Below, one piece after another: positions 12,118-22,937 of a DNA stretch of 64,000 bases. Under the pieces are notes generated by a model, which saw nothing but the letters and a program-made list of their open reading frames with translations, did no database searches and was not told the DNA's origin. The stretch's first letter is position 1. Each line of letters begins with the position of its first letter. The translations under genes were made by a program, and so were the position numbers. The DNA comes from Phoronis australis (taxonomy: Eukaryota > Animalia > Phoronida): NCBI GenBank assembly GCA_002633005.1, contig NMRA01000012.1:1863992-1927991 (forward strand), read 5' to 3'.

Positions 12118-12223
12118 CTATAAAATTAGCTGTTCCCCAGTTCCAGCCTTTTGTAGATACGTCCTGCTTTTCAAGCTCTTGAGAGTAATGTCTTTGTACA
12201 AACTGGGACAGTTTTTCATAGTC
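12118..12223 (-). CDS. SSRP1: SSRP1 coding exon 3 (DYEKLSQF..KGWNWG)
   Basis: 106 nt, AG/GT, hallmark KGWNWG. Confidence 0.97.
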
Positions 12224-12690
12224 CTGAATAAAAATAACCATAAATACAGCACAACAATAACAGTATAGACATATAAAGACTTAACAAACAGAGGCCTGTT
12301 TTATCAAAGGTCGCAAATCCGATCTTGGCTAAAACTGAAGTACTTGCGATTTGAATTTCCACCATTAAACAAGCTCGTGAATGTGGTCGTCCAGCCAAAA
12401 AATAGCTCACTTGGTTCTGGTCTGCGCTTGGCTCATTTCGAAACCTACACCTCACTGTTTAAGGAAAAAGAAGTCCGCAACAATTCATTGATTAATAGAA
12501 GTTATACTTTAGAAAAGCTACAAAAATATACCTAAGCTAGAATTTTTCAGCAAATTGACTAAGCAATCGAATGACAATCACATCTTTCATGACCTTGATT
12601 TGACATGGTTTTAACTCATCGTAGTCGCCACCCTCCACCTACTGTATGTGTATTGCTCGCTATCAGAGAACTTGTAACAGGTCCACCTAC

Positions 12691-12876
12691 CTCTTCCTTG
12701 AAGCCATCGAATCTGTGAATGGAGCCGTTCTTTAGCATCACCTTAAGGCAGTAACCCCGGGACCGCACCAGCCAGTTGACTTTGTCCACATCTCCACCAT
12801 TGAAATGGTCTACTTTACCAGTCTTGATGTTCTTAAACATCAAGTTCTTCCCTTGCAGCTTGAGCCGCCCAGGGTG
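12691..12876 (-). CDS. SSRP1: SSRP1 coding exon 2 (N-terminal PH domain; HPGRLKL..FKNIKTGKV..RFDGFKEE)
   Basis: 186 nt, AG/GT, phase 0/0. Confidence 0.96.
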
Positions 12877-13159
12877 CTGGGACAGAAGTGAGAGAAAAAA
12901 AGTTGATAGAGTTGTTACAACCACTTTCACAAGCTGTGCAATTGCATTGTTGTATCTATTCAGTAGTTTTCAAAAATCCACGGTCTACTCATTCATAAAT
13001 TAAAGTAAGTGACAACCTTTTACTAAAAAGTATACAATTTCTTAAAAATCTTTACATCTTTAATCAACTCATGAAACTACCGTACATAATTTATCCAGAT
13101 ATTCGTAATAACATTGTGTATACGACTTTACAATAAACACAATAGATGTCACTCTATGT

Positions 13160-13620
13160 GCTACACATTGACCAGGTTTTTTATCCCATTGGGTACAAAA
13201 AATGTCTGGGATTTTCTGTTAAGGCAATTCAGCCCAGGAACTAGAGTGTCGAAAATGGTTTTGGCCCATTGACAGATACTAAAAATGAGTTTCAGATCCG
13301 GTTCTCTAAAACAAATTAATGTACTGAAACTCTCAACAGCCCTCAAAACGTTGGAGAAAATTTTGAAAACTCCTTTCAAAATTTGCTAAACAAACAAGCA
13401 CGGCCTATGCTTTTAGCGAATTACACGACAACTGTGGGAAAAGAGCATCCACCCACCAAGGACCATAATGTCCAATCTGTGACATACGGAGTATGAATTT
13501 TCAATTGATTCCTGCCTTTTTTAACTTGGACGATTGATGCCAATGGCAAAGATGCACTAGCAGGGGGCAGAAGGAGGATTGGTGGAAAGCATCAAAACTG
13601 GGTTTAGTGTCCTTTTAATG
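13160..13620 (+). repeat. Dispersed repeat family A (copies at 26040-26345 + and 55530-55880 -)
   Basis: Shared core TGTGGGAAAAGA..CCACCCACC.AGGACCATAATG..AAT.TGTGA.ATA.GGAGTATGA. Confidence 0.75.
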
Positions 13621-14087
13621 AACGTCTGCAATTGTTTCTTAGCACAATTAAAAATTAAGTGGTCTGAAAAATATGCAAGTTGGTTTGTTAATGACATGGT
13701 TGGCGAATTGTGGTCCTGTGTTAACTTCATTCTTGTTGACGTTGTAATCATCAACATCATTCGTCGGTCCTAGTAGTAATACAACATTCTGTACTTTCCT
13801 CTCTCGAATGTCAGCCTTCACCGAGACTGGTGTCCACTGTCCTGTGTCATTTAAGTGTCGGACAATGAATGTTTTGTATGACTGTATTATGTGAACCTGT
13901 TTTATATTAGTTTCAATCTGCTATCACCGGGAACTGGTAATAACTTTCAGTGAAAGGACACTGAAAACCAGAATGAAGCCCAACGGTTGATTTCAGTTTG
14001 AGGTTACTATATGGAGTTGGTCGGCCAATTATACATTTTCCTGTTTCCAAAGTCAAACGTGGAGACAATTAGCATACAGCCACTCAC

Positions 14088-14141
14088 CATAGCACCTCGG
14101 ACTTCTTGTAACAGATTGGGATACTCTAGAAAGTCCGTCAT
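14088..14141 (-). CDS. SSRP1: SSRP1 first coding exon (MTDFLEYPNLLQEVRGAM)
   Basis: ATG at 14141, 54 nt, GTGAGT donor, phase 0 into the next exon; matches the SSRP1 N-terminus pattern. Confidence 0.92.
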
Positions 14142-14174
14142 GTTTCAGTTCACTGTAGAGTTGAAGAAAGAAGC

Positions 14175-14390
14175 TGCTCACCGGAAGTGGATGGAATAAC
14201 AAGAAAGCGATTTTCAAAAAGTAAATAAAAATCAATTAAAATTATTATTCCTGCTTTACAGGAGAATAAAATTACTTTAAATAGGCATTTGAATATTTAG
14301 AACAATGGAAAATTCATTGGCTTTGCAACACCAACATAAAATCATTCTCAAGATCCCTTCGATTCTCTTGGTGACTAAAATGGCGGGAAC
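14175..14390 (-). promoter_or_regulatory. Candidate SSRP1 proximal promoter (ETS site CCGGAAGT at 14181-14188; YY1-like AAAATGGCG near 14377)
   Basis: Housekeeping-type motifs just upstream of the start codon; the TSS cannot be determined. Confidence 0.4.
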
Positions 14391-14859
14391 GAGGAGTGGT
14401 TTCTCAGATTCACAAAAGATAGCGCCACTGTACGTTGTAAATTTAGAGACCACAGACNATTTTTCGCGAACATTTCAAATATTTTATTTAAAAAACTTCA
14501 GAATGAAATTTTAAAAAAATATTTTTCTCGCCCCCCGAGTGTGAGTTTCGTGCAATAGCATCAGCTCAGTGTTTTAATTAACTGCAAATGACTCCACAAT
14601 GGCAGTGCCTGGTGTCTTCTGGCTGCAGATTTGACGCAAACTCATCGGTGGTCCAATTTGCCCAATCTCTGGCTTCAATTACGCGGTGTCAATTACGTAA
14701 ACTAGGATGTTTTTCATATTTACCGGGTGAATTTCCGAAAATATACTGAGGTCTCATGGAGGACGCTGGCCGGTTTGGAAACGGCCTTTCAAAAATGTCG
14801 TGAAACCCATACGCTCGATACCATTTGGCAGTTCGGGTGCGAATTGCTGACTAGCTCAT

Positions 14860-16100
14860 GCGCGCGACCAGGGGGGCTCGGGGGTGAATAAACAATGCTT
14901 GGCCCTGAAAAAACCCCGTTTACCGTTTTTTTTTTAGTCAAAAGGTCCACAAACCAGCCAAAAATTCGAGACCCCTGGATCCATACATTTTAAGCTGGGC
15001 GCGCGCATCTACCGAAATTCTGGTTAAAGTTCTTGTGTCCTGCCCCCCCCCCAACTCAACTTAAATCCTGGATCCGCCCCTGATACATGCATCGTTGCCG
15101 CGACGGCTTATAATTTTTTCATTGTTACTATGGCGGATTTTTTTACCCGTATTTTCAAACGGTGCTTCAAGATCACTGCCCTCAGTGAAATCTAAAGTTT
15201 CGCACACAGGCACGAATGGCCTAGTGGCCGATTCAGTGCCGGGACACTGTCACTGATGGGCCGGTACTCCTGGGTACTGCACTGACTAAACACTCCGACC
15301 ATGATGGCCTACGTAAAACGCCCAGCCGTCATACAATTTGTACCACTAGTTTACAACAATAAACTACATGTAATTTCAAAATTCATTGTTGCCAGGTTTT
15401 GCTGATATTTGCTTTTCAATTCACTCTCCTAACGCTAAGACTGGAGTGAACTGAAAAGCAGATATCAGGCTTCTGAATAAAGATAGGGCGCTGGCCGGCG
15501 GCCGGGCGGGCTCACTCCGCGCCGTTGTTCCGAAACGTTTTTTTTTAATTGCCAACTCAAAAAAATCCTTTTCAGTAAAGCTTGATACTGGCTTAGGAAC
15601 CCGGTTCCCCATTAGGGGGCCCGCGGGGGGCTATCATGATAGCTCCCCACTTTTTCCAGTGCTACGGCATGCACATGGTCTATAGGTGATGCACCACAAG
15701 GGGGGCTGAGGGGGCTTTAGCCCCCCCACTTTCGCGCGAGGCCGCCCATGTCCCATAAGGTCCGATGATACCCCGGCGGCTACTAAGTCAGCCGGGCCCG
15801 GCGGTCGAGTAGGCCTACTACNGGAACAGATAGGCGGAAGTTTACTGGGGCGGGGCGGGGCACGGGGGGACCATTCCCCCGGCCGGCCCCTTTTTGCCGG
15901 CTGGCTGCCGCAATCACTAATCCGGTAGCGGAGAAAGGGAGGCTCAGACCCCAGATCGCGGCGTTCCGTTTTTTTATTTTTTCTCTGGTGGATTTCCTGG
16001 ACGTGACACTTTTCACATGCCCGGCCCGGCATACAATCGCACTTTGCCATCGACCCCAAGACAATGCCCCCCCTTATGGTATCCTAGATCCGCCGCTGTG
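14860..16100. mobile_element. Cluster of nested GC-rich MITE fragments with GGATCCGCCCCTG-type termini
   Basis: Termini at about 14975, 15069-15082 and 16085-16098, with poly-G/poly-C tracts and short hairpins. Confidence 0.55.
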
Positions 16101-16535
16101 GAATAATTGCCCAGGATATACAATAATATACATTTCTGTAAGATTTCCACATGTATTGTTTAAGCTGTATAATGTGTTTGCGGACTGAACCACCGACGGT
16201 GTATTAGGCCTACTCAGTAAACTGTTCGACAACAGCTTGTTAATTTTCTGTTCTTCACAACAGGAGGATAATTTCAGTTCTATTTCCGTTCTTGCTGATA
16301 GTCGTGGGAAGCCAAATGTGGGCAGTATTGTGCGCCCAAAGCGGCCAGTTCTCTCCAAATGTAGCAATTATTGCTTAAAGAGTAATCAAGACTGATCAAG
16401 GCACACTAATATCAACCGTCTCTGTTGTGTAAGTGTGGCAGTATGCGTTCGTTTTAAACAGAAAAACAAGATTTCTCCCTGTCTCGACGATTCTTCTTTC
16501 AATTCAATTTGACTTTTTCCACTAGGTTGCGCAGT

Positions 16536-16659
16536 TGGCACTGGTCGGATGTATTGGTCCTTGATTTAGAGAACCAAGTAATCACTGTATAATGGGCCCG
16601 TTGCTTAGTGGATGAAACTGGTTTTCTAAATCTGGGACCGCTATATCCGACCAGTGGCA
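16536..16659. repeat. ~125 bp inverted repeat
   Basis: CACTGGTCGGAT...GATTTAGAGAACCA pairs with TGGTTTTCTAAATC...ATCCGACCAGTG. Confidence 0.8.
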
Positions 16660-17034
16660 ATGAAAGTGTGGCGCAGTTCACAACAACTTGAACAAGTTAC
16701 CAGAGGCAGGCCCCTATTGGCTATTTCTCGAAGAGCTAGTTGGCTTTTTTCATTTGACTTTCAAAAGCTAGACCCGCAACTTGTCTGTAAATAAGTATTT
16801 ACAGACACCTCGACAAGTTATAACCCTTAGTCAGTGCCACCTGCTGTGTATTGGTTACTGTTCTGAACAATAGATGGGGTGGGAATAAAGATGGTAGTCT
16901 CCAGACTCCAGAGAACATGACTTTGCATCATTCATGTGATATCCTTTGTGGTTTATTTATATATGTTTATGTACATATATATACCAAACATTACACCACC
17001 ATCTCAACTAGCAGTAGAGACGGTGGCCACACTA

Positions 17035-17414
17035 ATTAAATCATCAAAGTCACATTGCTATAAATACGTTTTGCTCGTAGACTAGTGAGACACCTTAGCA
17101 GGCCGTCGATGTCTTTAATTCCTTTCAACTGTAACAAAATTCTCTCGTAATCATACTTCTTTTTCGACTACTCGTTCGTTCAGCTGCACAATTTTTACAC
17201 TACTCACGCCAGGAGATATGACATCATGTCTCCTGGCATGAGAAGTGTAAAAATGGCCACTTGCCGATTTAGCCAACGGAATGAACGATGGCTTGGAAAA
17301 AAGATTGATTACGGGAATATTTGCTAGAGTTGGAGGGAATTAAAGACACCAACAGCCTCCTATGGTGTCCCTCTATGCGCAAAAGGTATTTATCAATGTG
17401 ACTGATGGTTTAAT
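17035..17414. repeat. ~380 bp palindromic MITE-like element
   Basis: Arms pair throughout: GTCACATTG/CAATGTGAC, TGTCTTTAATTCC/GGAATTAAAGACA, ATTTTTACAC/GTGTAAAAAT and GCCAGGAGA/TCTCCTGGC. Confidence 0.85.
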
Positions 17415-17689
17415 CAGAGTTTGGCATAATTCGCTGAAAAGCTTCCAGTTTATGAAGGGCCTATGGGATGGCCACCATCTGTACTGATAGTTGAGATGGT
17501 GGCACTGTTGAGTTATCCCTTGGAACACGAATTCGCCCCAAACTGGAAATTAAAACGGTACCTAGTGAGGTAGTTGCAAGCACTACCTGAAGCAAAATAC
17601 AGCAACAGCTCCTAACAAACACAGAAATTAATGAAAGAAGTTGGCAGTATATGGGAAATTTCAGCATTTTCCACACAAGTGTCTTATTG

Positions 17690-18036
17690 TCGACGCCATT
17701 TTATCACTGAGTTACTCTGCCATAAGTTGATGTCGTGATTTTTTACAAGATGTCAAAAGTTAACCTACTGACCTACTTTATTGTTTGACTATTCAATTTG
17801 GAAATTAGAGTTGACTATTCTGGCAGAAGCAAAAACATACCAAGGATTCATGTTTTTGCTAGTGACCTTTTTCAACGACAGATTTCATTAATTTGGGATT
17901 GAGAATTCTTGTGTAAAGGAAATGTGAACAGAACAGAGGATGACTGTTATGTAAGGCCATTATGTTTTGAAACTGGGAAGTAACACATTCCAAATTTGTT
18001 TGATATCGACACAAACCTCAAGAAGAGCCAACACAC
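17690..18036 (+). other. Probable non-coding first exon and promoter region of the zinc-finger gene
   Basis: YY1-like CGCCATTTT near 17694, a strong GTGAGT donor at 18037, and an acceptor ttgttgtag ending at 19619 just before the ATG. Confidence 0.4.
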
Positions 18037-19638
18037 GTGAGTAGCGCTGGTTTCTGACTGAGTCGAGCAGACTGCTTATTCTGTCTTTTGATTTTGAGTT
18101 GTTGACAGGTTTTCTGACTTCATGCCAAAAGTCTAAACAAAAGGCTAAAAACTAATAATAAACTCCTTAACCCTCTTGCTGCCAGAGCCCATGGTGACCC
18201 AGATAACCTCCAGTGCCAGGCATTATAAAGCACCTTCTAGTGGCCATGTTACGAACTACTAACTTGTGCTTTTAATTAATGATTTTTCAAGTGATGATCA
18301 TTATTTTTCAAGTTACCATTGATACTGTGAGTAGAGCATAGATATATCTTGTTGATTATATTTCAGTTATGTAAAACATATTTGTTTTTTCAGAGTAGGG
18401 GCGTTGGAATCAAAAGACCCGTGGATAAAAATCTAAACATGCATGTATTTTGGTGACAAAAATCAATTTATATGCTTCATTAATTATTTTACAAGGTCTT
18501 AACTTGTTTTTCTTACGTTTCAGAAAGTATTTGTGGACCTGGATAAGAACTAACAATTTTTTTCTAGGTTTAACACCAATAAACGATATTGATAAAATCA
18601 AGGTCTAATTGAAGAAAATCAATGAACTCTGACATACTTTTACATGTTTATTATTTGAAAAACTGAATCAACAAATTCATTTTATGAACATATATACATG
18701 TTTACAGAACCCAGGAGTGGTTGCACTTCATTAGTACTACTAATGAAGTGCAACCATTTCTGGCACCAACTAACTTAGTAGCTTTGTAAACTTTACTACC
18801 AGCGAACAAAAATTTTGAGGAAAATTGTTTCGGCGAAGTTGTCATCGTCTCTCAAAAGATGTACTCTACCAAGTCAAAGTTCTAGCAAATGGCTCATGCG
18901 CCTGTCATGAGCGTACTATTTTGAAATTGACTTCTAACTTTTCTTTGAACATTACAAAAGTGGGAGAGAGGTGTAAGAAAATGAAGACACGTTCACCGAA
19001 TTGTGTTTTTTAAATGGCCATTGAACGGATAAAGTATCGTAGGTGTCATTTGAATGTTGAAGTTGCAAAACCTTATGAATGATTGGCTGGATATGCTACT
19101 TTTGATGTATCATTGCAAGAGAACTGCAAAGTTGTGGTGAACTGAAAAAATTAGCCAGCCAGCTATCTAGTTGTATGAAGACTATTGTCAAAATACAGCT
19201 GGGTACCACTGTGTGTTGAGCTCTGACACACAGCCTGGGTTGTAGTTGTACTTGTCACCTCGCCATGAAACTTCAGCATGTAGAGTAAAGGTCGATGGAG
19301 GTACATATAAAATCTGGGAGTAAACTGACACTCACCTTGCCCGTTGCAGCCGTTTAAGTGAAAAGCATTCTCAGTAAACGTCATTTTCTTGTGTAATTCT
19401 CTGCCTTTTGTAACAAAGAAAAGTATGTTGTCGTTTTGAAAATCGTATGCTGACACATGCCAGCACCAAGCTCTTGTAGTGCTTTGTTAAAGTTGAAGAA
19501 AAAAGGGTCATATTCATGATCCCGAAACATATGGTCAAAAGGACCACTGTATTAACCCACAATTTTCAAGGTGGCTCAAGTATTTCTTTAAATTTTATTA
19601 TTTACTGCTTTTGTTGTAGGTAAAGTGAGTTCTTCAAG

Positions 19639-22600
19639 ATGACGGACAGGAAAGATGAGTCTTCCTGTATTGTTATTCGTAAATCTACCAAGACATCAGG
19701 TCACGCTCCATTGTACAGTGACCACAAGGGGAACATGTTCATTGAGAAAGAAAAATTTATCATTTTAGAGAAGATCAGCGATGGGGAAGCCACAAAAAGT
19801 GAGTCGGTTGAAGCACTTTCACAGACCGACGACACAGTGACAATTAGTGTATTGAAAAGTACAGAAGGTAATCAGTCTGTGTCATCAAGTGTTGAGTTCA
19901 AGCTATATGAAGTAATTCATGCAAGTGAAGTAGATTTACAAGAGCAATATGAGGTCAACACTTCATCTACAACAAGTGACATTCAGCAGGTGGTCAACAC
20001 TTTACCTAAAACCAGTGAGGTTCGACAGGTGGTGAACACTTCAATTACAGCCAGTGAAGTTCAACACTTGGTGAACAATTCATTTACAGCCAGTGAGGTT
20101 CAACAGGTGGTGAACAATTCAGTTTCAACCAGCGAAGTTCAACAAGTAGTCAACACTTTACCTACAACCAGTGAGGTTCGACAGGTGGTGAACTCTTCCA
20201 TTACTGTCTGTGAAGTTCCACACTTGGTGAACAATTCATTTACAGCTTGTGAGGTTCCACAGGTGGTGAACACTTCAATTACAGCCAGCAAAGTTCAACA
20301 GTTGGTCAACACTTTACCTACAACAAGGGAGGTTCAACACTTGGTGAACACTTCTACTACAGCCAGTGGGGTTCACCACTTGGTGAACACTTCACCTACA
20401 GCCAGTGGGGTTCAACACTTGGTGAATACTTCATCCACAGCTAGTGGCGTTCAACACTTGGTGAACACTTCTACTACAGCCAGTGGGGTTCACCACTTGG
20501 TGAACACTTCACCTACAGCCACTGGGGTTCAACACTTGGTGAACAATTCATCTACAGCCAGTGAGGTTCAACACTTGGGGAACAGTTCATCTACAGCTAG
20601 TGAGGATAAACAGGTGGATGTTGTACTTCAGGCGACTCGGCCTGGTGGTTCAAGTCATGGGGATGGTGTTGTCAGCAGAACTGAAAAGAAACATGGCAAT
20701 GATCAAGATGTAGATGATGAAAATATTGAAGATGAGGAAGATGTTGATGATGACCTGATTACTGTTGACTTAACTAGTTCTGACCAAGATTTGGTTAGTT
20801 TAGACATCAGAGTTCAGATGGGTATGAGATGTGACAGTGAGACTTCATGCAGAGTGTCTACATCTCAAAAGGAATGTCCGAAGTGTAGACTGGTGACCAG
20901 CGACACATCTGTGTTGGACAACCACGTCTGTGTTGGTGCCTCGGGAAGCAGGAAGGCGGCATTAACGTGCGACGTGTGTTCACGGACGTTTATGATGGAG
21001 CGACTCTATCGCCATCATGTCATCCAGTGTAAGAACAAACCACATGCCTGCCCCAAGTGCGGCTGCAGATTCGCTCTCCAATGTGAGTTAACTCAGCACT
21101 CGATAATACACTGTAGCGACAAGTTGTTCAAGTGCGTCAGTTGTCCCAAAACATTTGCACGCGCGACCTCTCTGTTGCAGCATAGCCGGACCCACTCTTT
21201 GGTCAATAATCATTCTTGTAAGATCTGTGCTCAATCGTTTAGCCGCAAGTCATTGCTTTTGAAACACACCAGAGAACACATAGACTCCATTAAATGCGGC
21301 GTTTGTGCAAAAACCTTCATCAAGCGCAGTTCACTTTTATTCCATTATCGGAAAAGCCACCTTTTCTTGGCTGAGCCAACAAAGAATCCCTGTAGCTTTT
21401 GTACTGTCACTTTTGCCACCCTTTCTGACCTGAAAGTTCACGAGATTGAGTGTTTTGAAAAGAACGTTGACAAATTCCAATCCAATGCAAAGAGTAACAT
21501 GGAAAACAGTGTCGAAGTAAATCAAGAAAATTCTGTGTCAAGTGACAAAGATGCAAAGTATACATGCCCAATATGCAAAAGTAAGTTTTCCAAAAAAGGA
21601 TATTTTAATATTCACACATCTCAGTGTCGAAAGAAGGCTTTTCACTGCGCTGTCTGTCACCGTGGTTTCAAGTATAGGTGGACATACCGACGGCACATGA
21701 ATATCCATACATCGAACCGCATTCTCCAATGTGAGCAGTGCGGCTGTCATTTCACCAACAGAGATCACCTACAACAGCACAATAAGGTGCATTCTGAGAG
21801 TCTTTTGCAGCATGGCTGCGACGAGTGTGACGCCGCATTTCATAACGAAGCACAACTGAGGAGACACAAACTAGCTCACTTGAAGTGCCGTCGCCCGTTG
21901 GACTGTCCTGAATGTGGTCTGAAGTCGTCTAATAGGAGGGCCTATATTCGGCACTTGAACTCGCACAAACCCAAGAACCATGTCTGCCATTACTGTGGAA
22001 AAGCGTTCAAGGAGAAGCATCAACTTATAGTACATACTCGCCGCCACACTGGAGAGCGACCCCTGGAGTGTGAGAAATGTGGTAAGCGATTTGGTGACCC
22101 GTCAGTGCTGTATAAGCACCGCTGGGTGCACGTGACGGAAAAAGCGTTCATGTGCGACCAGTGCGGGAAACATTTCACTTGCCGTAAAGCTGTTAAGGGT
22201 CACATCAATCGAATTCACAGCAGCTCCAACAAACAAGTCACTTGCGATATTTGTGGGCAGAAGTATTCATGTAAATCCTCGCTGCAGACACACGTGAGTA
22301 GAGTTCATCTGGCCGTTAAGAGGGAACTTTGCCAATGGTGTGGCAAGGAATTCTTCGACAAACCAGGTCTGAGGCGGCACTTGAGTACCCATGAAGAAGC
22401 CAGCGCGAACTCTGTCAAGTGCACAATCTGCGATAACACATTCAAGACGCCGCGAACCCTTCGGGCGCACCTGAAACTACACACCGGTCTGCGCCCGTTC
22501 ATCTGTGAGTTGTGCGGCCGTGATTTCAATCGCCAACAAAACCTTGTATTGCACATGAGAACACACACTGGTGAGAAGCCCTTCCCATGTGACATCTGCG

Positions 22601-22731
22601 GACGGTCGTTTTCACAGAAGAACTCGGTTAAAATACACAAGAGGAAGGTGCACGCGAAACTGTTGCTCGGCCAGCAACTACAGCAACATGTGACCTGTAC
22701 GAGTGTAAATGACACCCTTGGCATACAGTAG
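19639..22731 (+). CDS. Poly-C2H2 zinc-finger protein (about 20 fingers including several C2HC variants) with an N-terminal 13-aa tandem repeat and an acidic tract
   Basis: Intact 1030-aa ORF; repeated CxxC-x12-HxxxH units with TGERP/TGEKP linkers; splice acceptor 19 nt upstream of the ATG. Confidence 0.95.
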   Translation: MTDRKDESSCIVIRKSTKTSGHAPLYSDHKGNMFIEKEKFIILEKISDGEATKSESVEALSQTDDTVTISVLKSTEGNQSVSSSVEFKLYEVIHASEVDLQEQYEVNTSSTTSDIQQVVNTLPKTSEVRQVVNTSITASEVQHLVNNSFTASEVQQVVNNSVSTSEVQQVVNTLPTTSEVRQVVNSSITVCEVPHLVNNSFTACEVPQVVNTSITASKVQQLVNTLPTTREVQHLVNTSTTASGVHHLVNTSPTASGVQHLVNTSSTASGVQHLVNTSTTASGVHHLVNTSPTATGVQHLVNNSSTASEVQHLGNSSSTASEDKQVDVVLQATRPGGSSHGDGVVSRTEKKHGNDQDVDDENIEDEEDVDDDLITVDLTSSDQDLVSLDIRVQMGMRCDSETSCRVSTSQKECPKCRLVTSDTSVLDNHVCVGASGSRKAALTCDVCSRTFMMERLYRHHVIQCKNKPHACPKCGCRFALQCELTQHSIIHCSDKLFKCVSCPKTFARATSLLQHSRTHSLVNNHSCKICAQSFSRKSLLLKHTREHIDSIKCGVCAKTFIKRSSLLFHYRKSHLFLAEPTKNPCSFCTVTFATLSDLKVHEIECFEKNVDKFQSNAKSNMENSVEVNQENSVSSDKDAKYTCPICKSKFSKKGYFNIHTSQCRKKAFHCAVCHRGFKYRWTYRRHMNIHTSNRILQCEQCGCHFTNRDHLQQHNKVHSESLLQHGCDECDAAFHNEAQLRRHKLAHLKCRRPLDCPECGLKSSNRRAYIRHLNSHKPKNHVCHYCGKAFKEKHQLIVHTRRHTGERPLECEKCGKRFGDPSVLYKHRWVHVTEKAFMCDQCGKHFTCRKAVKGHINRIHSSSNKQVTCDICGQKYSCKSSLQTHVSRVHLAVKRELCQWCGKEFFDKPGLRRHLSTHEEASANSVKCTICDNTFKTPRTLRAHLKLHTGLRPFICELCGRDFNRQQNLVLHMRTHTGEKPFPCDICGRSFSQKNSVKIHKRKVHAKLLLGQQLQQHVTCTSVNDTLGIQ
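19951..20613 (+). repeat. Coding 39-bp minisatellite, about 17 units ([LV]VNTSxTASEVQH)
   Basis: Visible in both DNA and protein. Confidence 0.95.
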
Positions 22732-22937
22732 TGACAATCTGAGTATGTCAGGTCTAATCCATACCTTTGAAGTGAAATTTAAAGATTTTGTCAAAGCTAC
22801 TTAACAAACAGTACATGTGTTATGCATATTTCTCATTTGTCAGATTGTGTAAAGCTTTCAGTTTATGCTTGCTCTAACTTACATTCACGTGAACTGCAGA
22901 TGTTAAATTATTTTGTTGCACTTACTTTATCAATTGA

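Noticed and set aside
14153-14181. 5' UTR intron gtgag...ctacag just upstream of the SSRP1 ATG
   Set aside because: Only about 29 nt, too short; the acceptor may instead pair with a distant donor.
15634-16064. GC-rich ORFs of 141 and 93 aa
   Set aside because: They lie in GC-rich MITE sequence and have no recognisable domain.
22305-22724. Antisense 139-aa ORF
   Set aside because: Shadow of the zinc-finger coding strand.
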